Source of the DNA: Hormiphora californensis | Taxonomy: Eukaryota > Animalia > Ctenophora | NCBI GenBank assembly: GCA_020137815.1 | Contig: CM035361.1 | Coordinates: forward strand, 5,394,001-5,458,000 | DNA: 64,000 bases | Direction: 5' to 3' | Part shown: positions 34,631 through 49,896 of the stretch, one piece after another | Layout of the letters: each line of letters starts with the position of its first letter | Numbering within the stretch: the first letter of the stretch is position 1 | Made by a program: the position numbers and the translations under genes | Notes under the pieces: generated by a model | Databases searched by the model: none | What the model saw: the letters and a program-made list of their open reading frames with translations, nothing else | What the model was told of the DNA's origin: nothing

Positions 34631-37600
34631 CTGCTGCTCTCCCGAAATACTCTCATAGAATACGCTCTATCTTATCTTAATCCCCCTCGTTCATGAATTG
34701 CCCTCTTTTTCCTCTTGTTTTCTTTTTCCCTCTCCTTTCGCTACACACCACCTCTTCTTTCATTCCTCCTTTTTCTCTCTTCTTTTGCACGTCTTCAGGC
34801 AATTTGAGACACGGCTCTGCTGCTCGAGTACTGTATTTTTTTTTTATAAAAAAAAAATAATTAAAAAAAATAACAAAAAACAAAATTCCCTTGCAAAACA
34901 ACACACAAAAAAAAAACAAACTCCCTGAATACAAAATAATATAACTCGCTCCACTTTCTCTCTCACTCAATCTCTTCCTCTATATCTGAAAACCTCGCTC
35001 TCTCAGCTCCTATCTTTATTTCTATCAGCTCCCTCCTTTCTCTAGTCTGCCTATCTGTATTTCTGTCTCCCCTTATCTCTTCCGTTTCCCTAAAACTATT
35101 TTTATTTTGGAAAATTCTTACATAGAATGCAGACGTATAGGGCGTACATATGTAACGACCGATTTTTTAAATAGATTTTTGCATAGATTTTACATAATAC
35201 ATATAGACTTTTCATTTAATGTTAACTGTGTATGACATAATACATATGTATTGTTTGTTTTTCCTGTAGCGCATGTGCCAACATAATATAGTTGACATGG
35301 TTGTAGAATACCCGTGGGTTTTTAGAAATAGACTTTTGTTGATGAAGGGCATAGATCGATGCGATAAAAAAAAAAAAAAAGCTTTCATATAACATCTATT
35401 TGATCCTTTGGAGATATACATCTCTTTCTTAGATCGCTTTCAATTCAAATTAATCCAGCTTTTAAGCTATAATACTGTTCTTTGATATAGGCCGCTAATT
35501 TTGGGCCATGCGTGTGTATGTCAGCTGTTAGGTACAGCAAAGATATAATACTAACACAGAGATAATCATCACACCGAGGCCTGCAAGTGCACGTAGGTAC
35601 TGCAGAGACACACACGCATCCACACATACTACTGTATATCGCCGTCCTTTGGTGTGAAAACAGGTATTTTCCGCTTGAGTTCGCACTCTTTCGCAGGGAG
35701 CTTGAGATGGCAGGACTATCATAGAGTTGAAGCTGTCCTTTTTCTCAAGTTGGTGCATGAAAGGGGCTGAAATCTTCAAGTTTTAACCAGGAATTTTTTT
35801 AATTTTGATATTTTATATGGGAAAAAAAAAGGGCTTTTTTCATATTTGGTTTTTTCTCAATTTTCTTAGAATCCCAATCCCTTTTATATCCCAAAAATTT
35901 TGTGGCGGTTTACCGTTGACAAAAACTAACAATTATATTTAAACCCCAATTACCACCCTTTTCGGTTGTACACACTTTGCTTGCATCGATCAGTACCCGT
36001 TTATATGTCCCACATCCAAGTTTTTACATATATGGCTTAATTTTCATACGATCCCATAATTTCGGCACATATTCCGACCCCCGGGTTTTCATGTGTGGAA
36101 TTATCATTTCCCCCCGTCCCCTTTGTTAGGTCAGGGCCCCATCGGCAAAGGTCATTTGTCCCTTTCTCCCGTCATGTACTGCAATGTATTTAAATTTTTA
36201 TGATTTGCGAAAGGCGAAAAGAAAGGGAAGGGCAAAAAAAAGAAGGGGAGGAGACGGACCCCAAGGGGGAAATGGGGGAAAAGCCAAAAGAGAGAGAGAG
36301 AGAGGGGAAAAGGGGGAGATAGGGGGGAGAGGGGGAGAGAGAGAGGGAAGGAGGAGAGGGGGGAGAGAAAAAAGAGAGAAAAAGGGAAGAAAAGAAGGGA
36401 GAAGAGAGGGAAAGAGAGAGAGAGAGAAGAAAGAGAAAAGGAGAAAGGAGATAGCATATTGATGCAATATATTTCGCTGTTTTGAGACAAGAAGCCTTTA
36501 TGACTCCCCAAAGTTAATTTTTAAATGAGTGGGGCAAAAAGAGGAAAAAAATGTTTTTTATTTTTTTTCCCCGGGGAAAAAAAAAATAGGGTGGTATTTT
36601 TTTTCTTTAATTAATTTTTTTTAATTTTTTTTTTTATTTTGATAAAGAATTATTAATTAAAATTTTTTTTTTTTCTTTTCTTTTTTTTTCTTTTTCTTTT
36701 TTCTTTTTTCTTTTTTCTCCCCTTCTCTCTTTTCCCCCTCTATCCTTCCCCTCTTCTTTCTTTTTTTTCCCCCTTAAACCCCCAGCTTTTTCTCTTTCTT
36801 TTTTTTAGGGGTTTTCCATGCATAGTTAGCCCCGAGTAGGCCCTTAACACTATCAAAAATTATATAGTAATGCATTTTTGGGTCTCTTTTGTGCCCTCTG
36901 ACTTTTTAAAAACTTTACTAATGAGCAATTTATATGTACAGCTTTACAATTTTTTATTATGCCTGCCCCCCGATTTAAGTTAAAAATATAAATTAACGCT
37001 TAAAAAAGAAAGAAGAAAAAAAAAGACGAATGGCAAAAAAGAAAAACCAAAAAGAAAAAAAAGGGATTTTTTTGAAAGAATGGACATGATCTAGTGCCTT
37101 AGGAATTACGACTATATAAACCGTATCTATTTTTATCTTCTTCGAAAAACGTTTCGTTTAAAAACAGGTAGTTGTTGTTGTTTAAAATTCTATTTTTGCT
37201 TTTTTATTTTTTTTAAATCTATTATGTCAATAAACTAAACCACTATCATCGTTGTATTTAGCTCCGATGATATAACAAGGATCGGGATGGAAAAATCAAA
37301 TCGGTAAGAAAAAATTAAATCATAGATTAATTAAATAATTGATTAAAATAAGTGACCACTAAACTAAAATCCGAATTTCAAGATTTCCCTACAATACTAA
37401 CTACAGGTGAGAGAGAGACGAATCAAGGAGACGAGAACAATAAATCTCGGGGAGAGAGATAGTATCTCCTGTGTGTGTCAAGTGCTCCTCCTCCTCCTCT
37501 TATTCTCTCAGTCGGCAGACCAGTGTTCCGACGAGGGTGGTGAATAATGCCAGGCCATGCACACAAGTGAAAAAGACAAAAACCAGGTAATGATTCCGAT

Positions 37601-38502
37601 CAATTATTTGACTAGCTCAGTTTATCATCGTCTTCGGAATTTTTTTAGTGTCTACCGGATCAAATGTCAGACATTGTTTTGTTCGTGTGCCGGATCAAAT
37701 ATCCTTGTTTTCTGTTTGTGAGATGTTATGAGTTGATTCTCTTTCTATACCGGATCAGCGCCGAATCAGATGGCAGATTCAGATTCTTGATTCAATGCTG
37801 ATGCCTTTCTGTTGCATACTTAATAGCCTCACATCAATCTTACATGGATGGAAAGAGAAAAATTGGGAGAGAGAGAGAAATATAAAATGAGCAGTGCTGG
37901 TTAATGCATTAATAATCCGGGTATACTCTTTAGTCTAGTCATGCTCTTTGTCTCTAGGAAATATTCCAACGTAATTTAGAAAATAAATTAGAGCATGCCC
38001 AGCTGGGAGAAGAAGAGCACTCTCATTTCTCAAGAGAGAGAGAGAAAGAGAGAGAAAGCCAGGATTGGAAGCAAATTGAAATTTAAAATGATGTTCACTT
38101 TTAAAAGATTGAGACCATGGCCGCTCTACTGTAGAGTCTACACAAGGCTGTGCTGCAGCAGGTGCAGTGGTGAAAGAAGCATTTCATCACCCAACCCAGC
38201 AACCCTATAATTCAGCTAACACAGACAGTAAACGTACTCAGAATCACAACTTTCATGAACATGGGTATGAGAGAATTACAAAACGTGTGACTCACGTCAC
38301 TCGAGTTGATTCGCCTGACGCTGTGTGTATAAACTATATTCAAGTCACTCGTCGTGGGTTTTTTAATCCATGTTATTTCTATGTTCATCAAACTTCTTGT
38401 AAGCGACCATGTCCATTGGACATTGGTGAGATCAATTCCAATTAGTAGAAAAGGGATGCATATGTACTGGTCACAAGTATAAATCATCTGATCCAAGCAT
38501 TC

Positions 38503-38590
<88 letters not shown>

Positions 38591-39294
38591 TTCTCATTTA
38601 TGCAACTTATGCGTAAAATAACCCATTATTCCGCATTGACTGGGCTGTGTCACTACACACATCAATTTATTGAGCCTTCGTTTTAGCCCGTTATAAACCT
38701 CTCAAAGCTTGATCGTCAGTCAGTCCATCTCTCTCTCCCTCGCCTGATTCCCCGCTTGCAAGATCGTACTTTGCAGCTCTCCACCATTTTTCTTCTACAT
38801 TTCCCCTAAAATGCTATCTTTCTCTGCCCGACCGAAAAGAAAAGAGAGCATACACGGGTGTTTTATTATAGCTCTAGTGGTTTAGTAAACTCTTTTGTTT
38901 GTATACAGAATTAGAACTCTACTAGGAACTCTAGGAAATACAGTTTAAAGCTTGTATAATTTTTAGCCAAAAAGAGTGTCATGCGTCGTGCGAGGTACTG
39001 AAACTTATTATTATCCCAAAGGATTGCATTTACTTTTGGTATTGGTTTCCGTTTGGTGTAAATAAGCGAGAGTTTGTTTCAGTTTTGCTGGTTCTGTACG
39101 TCACACACAGACGCACAGACACACACACACACACACATGAAAGACTTATTGGCTACATGTAATTACACTTGCGCACATAGAGCTGTGTTCTATACACAAT
39201 GTATCTGCCAATGCATGGGCTAATAATAAGTGAGGGAGAGAAGGAGAGGGAGAGAGGTAGAGAGCGAGAGGGAGAGAAAGAGAGAGGGAGAGAA

Positions 39295-39373
<79 letters not shown>

Positions 39374-39941
39374 TATATATAGAGAGAGATAGATAGAGAA
39401 GGTAAGAGAGAGAAAGAGAGGGAGAGGCTGAGAGACATAAAGGGAGAGACATAGAGAGACAAAGAGAGAGACCTAGAGAGAGAGAGAGGGGGTAAGAGAG
39501 AAATGCTAATAGTGCTCAATGATCGACGCTATTGTCCTCTTGCATCGCCACACCCTACACGGTTCACTAAACCTACTTATTAGTGTATTATAGGGACACT
39601 CGGCCTACTTATTAGTGTATACACTCGGCCATCAAAACATTGTGACCGGTGAACGTTAAATAATTTCTCCTCAATATCATCTACTAATACATAGGATGGC
39701 AATTTAGCCTATAATACTAGCTGCTATACTTTCATCTACCATTCTTCTCTTTGTGTTCCACCCTCTCCTTCATCTCATCTCTCCCTATGGTTCATGCACT
39801 CTCTCTCTCTTCTTTTTCTAAGTAACAACTATAATATCTCGTCCATCGTCTGTATGCGGCTGCAGCAACCCTGTAAGCTCTCTCGTCCTCCCCGCCCCAT
39901 TCTGTCTCGCTCCCCCTCTCTCTCTTTCTCTCCCGGCACAT

Positions 39942-39972
<31 letters not shown>

Positions 39973-40080
39973 GTACCACCACAATGATCCACTAGCTACT
40001 ATTTGCGTTCGAGTTTGTGTACAATAAGCTTGCCTTATAACACTACTACTCTCCCTCACCTCTCTATCCCTCTCTCTCTT

Positions 40081-40120
<40 letters not shown>

Positions 40121-40121
40121 A

Positions 40122-40152
<31 letters not shown>

Positions 40153-40849
40153 TCCCTCTCCCTCTCTCTCTCTCTATCTCTCTCCCTCACGGCCTCCCTA
40201 AATTGCATGTCTCGCTGATTGTATGAACTTACTATGGTACAATTCACTGCGATAGATGGGTCTATTGCAATGATTATCATTTCTGTATCTGCATACAGCT
40301 GTATCGAAATAGTTTCAATCATAAATTGTAAATGGTCATCAATATTATTCTGAAGTTTTGGCTGTTGATTTGTGTTTCTTTTGTTCCTGGAAGCCTTGCA
40401 TCTTTTGCCCCTTATTCGAGGAATTTTGTAAGATTGTATATGATTTGTAGGTATACAAGCAGAAAGAGAAGTAAAGAGAGGAGGATATGAGAGGGGGAAG
40501 CAGAGAGAGAGAGAGAGAAAGAGAAAGATAGCTAGATAGAGGGAGAGAGGTAGCAGGGAAAACAAAGAAGAAGGCTCAGCTTGCTTGGGATGCTTTTCCT
40601 GAGGCGAAAGAGCTTGGGTTTGTCTTCAAGTGTACACACTCAGTTTTTCTTGGCGTGTATTTTTTATTGAATCGACTCTTCACATCTCATAGCTCAATCA
40701 ATTATCTATATCAATTTCCTAAAATAAGCCCGAATATATCTCGCTATAATTGATATACTCCTGAGTTGCTTGCTTTACCGGAATTTTATTGATCTAAACC
40801 GTGAAATATATAGTTTGCCGATAAAGTGGTATAAAGATGCGAAACTGCT

Positions 40850-44348
<3,499 letters not shown>

Positions 44349-44429
44349 AAACAAATATGATTTGACAGACCAGAATAGGATCATGGTAAATTAACAGGCA
44401 GCATAATTTAAACTTCTTTCACTATAGTT

Positions 44430-44835
44430 TTTCCCTCGTACACATCGATATACCATGAACATTAGTCTCGATATACCGTGAACATTGGTATCGATATACC
44501 ATAAACATTGACATCGATGTACCGTGAATATTGAAATCGACATACCATGAACATTGGCCTGCAAGATATACCGTGACCGGCTGACTTTACAAACATATTA
44601 TGTCGACTGATCAAATTTAATTTGCCCTTTGTGTCATTGGTTTCTAACACACATTTCCCCCTTTCAGAAAAAGAACATGGTGGTAATGGCCCTCGCTCGA
44701 ATGAAACTCGGATCCCGAAAGTAGAAATATAATCCGCTGTGTGGTAACCATGGTAATCCGTTGTGTGGTAACCGTGGTAACCATGGTAATCCGTTGTGTG
44801 GTAACCGTGGTAACCATGGTAATCCGTTGTGTGGT
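44430..44835. repeat. Two short minisatellites downstream of the Kv gene
   Basis: Units of about 23 bp (gatataccrtgaacatt..) at about 44445-44575, and 30-bp units (aatccgttgtgtggtaaccgtggtaaccatggt-like) at about 44730-44835. Similar gtggttaccatggttac arrays occur at about 53240-53310 and 53635-53745. Confidence 0.8.
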
Positions 44836-44960
44836 GTTGGAGGTAGTTTGTGTGGAGGGCGAACTGTTGCTATATTGTTGGTATATATAATATTTACTAT
44901 ATCAGGGCTTTTCGAGAAAGATAGTTGTGCTATATAATACCTTGGTCCCCTTTTATATAT

Positions 44961-45299
44961 AGGTAGGCGGTAAATGTTAACCAGATCTGAGAGAAAACGT
45001 ACGTGCAAAACCACGTTTTTGTCCATAACTCAGTCATTTCTTGACCAATTTGCAAAATTTTGGGCGCGTTGGAAAGAGGACATTGAGCTCTTTCAAATGA
45101 GCCCAATAAAACTAAAATCGGCGCAAAATGCGCGGCGTCATGGCGCAAAATGCGCGTTTTCGCCACCACGCCGCGCAATTTGCGCCAATTTTCATTTTCC
45201 AATGAGCCAAAGATTTTGAAAATTGGTCAAGAAATGGCTGAGCTATGGCCAAAAACGAGCGAAATTCTCACAGATCTGGTTAACATTTACCGCCTACCT
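44961..45299. mobile_element. Mutator-like foldback MITE with 9-bp TSD
   Basis: TIRs aggtaggcggtaaatgttaaccagatctg / cagatctggttaacatttaccgcctacct, with imperfect pairing continuing for more than 100 bp. Flanked by tttatatat at 44952-44960 and 45300-45308. Confidence 0.8.
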
Positions 45300-46779
45300 T
45301 TTATATATGGCCTGAAACCATGAAATCTAGCATCTCAGGGCTGTGGCTATAAACTGAGGTTAATTGATCATATTTTCTCCCAGTATAGGAACATACATTG
45401 CACTGAGCAATCCCATATGTTATACATTTCCTTCAATATTATACATGCAAATTGCCTAAATATACACGTATAAACGGGAATTAGTTATAATTTATTATTT
45501 ACACAGAGGGATCGAGATCTGTAATTGTAGCTAGAGAGAGAGAGCGTCAGTGTGGCGAATGGTATACGATCTGAGATTGGTAACCATAGTAACAACATTG
45601 GTTGCTATAGTAACACACTGTACATTATACACACATGCAAGCTATTGGCCATGGGTTCAGAAACACTGTGGCTTGCATAATAGTATGATAATAGCGACCA
45701 CAGGAATTACATTCACTGCGGCGTGTAATTATATATCAAGTGATGTATGTCACATATGTTTGGTAATGTTCATAATTCACACATATAGTGTAGTGTAAAA
45801 CTCCGGTGTAGATATAAATTGGAGAAAGAAAAAGAAAAAAGAGAGGGAAAGAGAAGGAACAGAAAGAAAGAAAGAAAGAGAGGGGGAGAAAGAGAGCGAT
45901 CATGAGGGAGAGAAAGATAGATATCATATAGTTGTTGTACAGTGTGTGATTTTGAAAGAGATCGATAAAGCGAGACGTGCAGGCGAAACTTAACTGTTGT
46001 TTTATCAATTCCTATTTCTATAAATAAACTGAGTTTAATATTCTAGTTATACCATGACCTAAATTATTATCAGCCTTTGTGTGGGGGACGTATGGAAAAA
46101 ACAGTCGTGCCTGAATCTCAGGTCACGGCGCGGCTATTTAACCCTGATCGATCTCAGAATCTGAGACTCAGATCTTCTCTGAGATTTCAGGGAAGTTTTC
46201 AGGGAATAGCCAAAAATAGCCCTGAAATCTCGGATCTCAGGGGTAAATAATATTTACTAAATAGCCGTGAAACGAAGCTGTTTTCCCCTATAATAGAAGC
46301 AAAGAATTCTTGATGAGATGAGCAGGATTTCAGTTGAAATGGTAGGGAACCACTATTTTGGACGTAGAAACGCGTAAACTCTTTATTTTTGGACTCACGA
46401 TTCTCCCGCGGCTGATCAATGGCCAAGGATTTGGTACATAACAGGAACCGACCGAAACAAGTAAACAACCAATCAGAACTCGTTATTTAGGTCACGTGAC
46501 TGGTTATCAGCCAATCAGGGACCAATATTCACCATGGTTCGGTCGGTTGATGGTACATAACACGGAAGTTTCTTTTAACAGCTCTTGGTGACATATGGAG
46601 CGAGATCTTGCGCGGAGTGAACAGGTGGTAACATGGTGACAATTCTACAGGCGATGTATTCCGATACGGAATAATTTAATACCAGTATGTCACATACTAT
46701 GTGGGACTGTGTGTGTGTGTGTTTTGCACCGCCCGTCATTCCTCCCACTTTACTGCCCCACAATGGTCGGCAGACAACC

Positions 46780-47460
46780 TATATAGTACATAACGTTCTG
46801 CACGCAGTGCAAGCGCGCCATATACGCTCTGCACTGCAGAGCGTATATGGAGGTGAAATGCACGACAGCGCAGCTGGAGTGCATTTCACACCTATATTGC
46901 ACGAGTGTAACGAGTGCGATATAGGAGCGCTTGCACATGCCGTGCAGGACGTTATTGAGTATATATTCCGCGAGAAAGTACATGACAAGCAAAACAATCA
47001 TAATTTTGGGTGATTACACACAGAGAGATGTGACAAAACAAGGTACAAACTAAGCAAAAATACACAAAAATACACTTCTACACCTGTTACACACAAGGGA
47101 ACTCGTTCTGTTAGTTTTAATTAGTGAAAAGAAGAGAGGGATAAAGAGAGAGATACGAGAGAGGGAGATTGGAATTCTTGGAAATAGTGAACAACAAAAC
47201 ATGATAAGGGGATAATTAGTGAGAGAAAGAGGGAGAGTGAGTGTAATTTGACAGACTTTGTGTCGCTTGGCACTGTGTCAGTCATATTCTGTGTGTTTGT
47301 GTGTGAATAAGGTGTAAAAACACTGAGGGGACACTATTCTTACTTATATCCCACTACCCCTATATCTGCACGCTCCCGCGGAAGCAGAGTGCATATTTCA
47401 CCGTGCAAATGGTCGCGCGGAGCGGGAGTGATATGTGCACTCGCGGTATATATATTAATA
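46780..47460 (+). repeat. Dispersed repeat of about 700 bp (second copy; probably a non-autonomous transposon)
   Basis: Reverse-complement match to 27755-28470. Confidence 0.85.
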
Positions 47461-49896
47461 TCACTCTTCGCCACCGTCCCCCACACGTAGGGATAATGTT
47501 GATGTTGTTCCGGTTTGGGTCCTGGTATTTTGTCGAGCAAGCTCAACATTTCCCTCGAACCTTCCCCGGCATCACAAGAAGAGTATTTGATACAGTGAAT
47601 CTAATAGTAGACTGACATACCTATATTGTCAGGACAATGGATGGAATTTACCTGTCTCACAGACTGGTCTCTGGTTACTACTGCTCCAAGGAGCTGTAGA
47701 GGTAGGTGGGTTGCCGGATATGACAATACCGTGGGTTCACCATCTAATCGGTGACGGCTGAAATATCTTATCACACCTCAGGTCTTGGGTCAAAACCGCT
47801 AGCAGTACTTATCAGCATGCAACCTGGGGGTCCGGACAGCTAATTTCTTAGCAAGCACAGATAAGCATGAAAACGCTTATGTAAACTTCTGGTGAGCATT
47901 TGGCAAATTATCGACTCCCAGGGGTTGCACTATTGCGGTGTAATTATTTGCCATACGGCGGAGGTGGCCATTTGTTTGGCCCAGACCTGCCCTACCACTC
48001 TTGGGTCCCTTATTGCGTTGTTATAGAAGAAAAATCCCCCATAAGTAGCGTTGCCCTTTAGTTTGCCACTTGTTCCAGGTCGGGATAGTTAGGGATGGTT
48101 TAATCGAATAGGTTACTTTTGGCTATTAGTTTGGAGAATTTTACCAAATCAAGTGTGTTGCTTGATCTGTTTGTTAGTGAGGAGGATTGTTCTAGATATA
48201 TTGCAAAGGTAGTATGTGGCAAAAATTTGGGCAGAGGTTCCCCAGGGGAATAACCCCTATTTTTGCGAGAGAAGGTAACCTCCGTCCGACCAATATGGGA
48301 TGTTGGACAGGAGGGCTGTTTTAAAGGCTACAGCTGCCGGGTGATTACAAATCATGGGTTGCCATAATTGAGGGAGGCTAGTTCTCTGGCGTAGAATTTA
48401 CCCCCATAATTAAATGGGAGACAGCCGAAGGGTCATCAGGCATGCCTAGTAGGCAGAGGCCCTCGGTGATTACAAATCATGGGTTGCCATGTGTAACAAG
48501 GTTACTGGCTGGGGTGAGATTATCAGTTCAACCGGGATCCTCACTAAGACTCAGCCCGACGACCGACCGACAAACGATCGATCAACGACTGATATCAATC
48601 GTCAACCAACCGCTCATCAATCGACCGCCGAACCAAATCCCAGCAGGGACCAGCCGCACTGCAAGAGCTCGGTGCCATAGTTGAGTTCGGCAAGGTCTCT
48701 GGCAAAGTTTACTCCCCAAGATTGGGGAGAGAGCCGGTGTGATTTGACCGTAATCACTGGACCATCAGCCAACCAGGTCCACGGCAACGGGACTGAGCTC
48801 GAAGAACTCAGCTGGCACGAAGAACCTGAGTTCCCCCCGCTGTATGTGGGACTGTAATGCGATTATCTTGCGGGCGCCGGGCTGTCTCACCTCTGTCTCA
48901 CACCCCTGCTTCATGACATTGAACTATGTTTTAGTACTGCAGTAAACTATATATACAGTCGGACCCCGATTTACCGGGATCATGCTCGGGGGAAAGGGTT
49001 TTGCCCGGTATATCGGGGGAATTTTATCCTCCCGGTAAATCGGGGTTCCGGTAAATCGGGGCCCGGTAAATCGGGGTCCGAATGTACTTACAACTGATCA
49101 CTGTTGAGAGCTCGCTATATTCCACTTCAACAGTCAACACCTCAGTACTTGTACACACAGCTGAACCTACTCCAAACACTCATAATATACATCATCAATT
49201 ATTTACTTTGGAGCTTCTTGTAATTCTCCCCTTTGTCTTCCACGCGGACTCTCTCTCTTTGATAGCTCTCTCGTGTGTGTACATTTTGGTTCCAGCTACT
49301 TTGCATCAACTTCTTCAGAAGCTCTCGTGTGGTTCCCGCGTTGTTTAAACAACAGATAGAGTTCTGCGGAGCTCAGCAGTTCTGCGGAGCTCAGCTACAT
49401 CTTCATTTTCTTTGTTACACTCGATCAGCTTTCGAATTTCGCTGTATATATCAAGCATTATACCTTCCAGAATCGAAAGAGAGTCGAAGAGAGGCATGCT
49501 ACTCATTAGCATTATAAAGAGAGATCCTACGCACTACACACTACTCACTATGAGATATAACTAGTTCATAGGAAGAAGACAAATTCTTGATCGCCACGCG
49601 TGTATTGCACTTGTAAATCATCTTTGCGAAATCCCTCTCTATAGATTTTGTGAGATATAGTTATAATGCTGTTTGCTTCTTGAATTTTTTCCATAATTTT
49701 GAACTTAGCTGATATCCTTTTGCGTATCCATGCAGCAGCACTAAAAAAAGCACTAAAAATCTTTGAGACCCCCCCCCCTATTTTACTCATCTCCCCTACT
49801 ATTATATAGATACATGGCTACCACAACAACAAACTTCCAGAGCAGCGACTAGCGAGAATTCTCTTCCATCATTGTGACAACTGGATCAGCTCCATT

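Noticed and set aside
38110-38445. 92-aa plus-strand ORF upstream of the Kv gene
   Set aside because: No recognisable domain, and no phase-consistent partner exons found.
47480-48900. Possible retroelement remnant (minus-strand NRSSNTLDLV; repeated ggtgattacaaatcatgggttgccat)
   Set aside because: Too decayed to classify by eye; only one short endonuclease-like motif.
49090-49790. Coding-like minus-strand text upstream of the 871-aa ORF
   Set aside because: Multiple stops and frameshifts, and no identifiable family.
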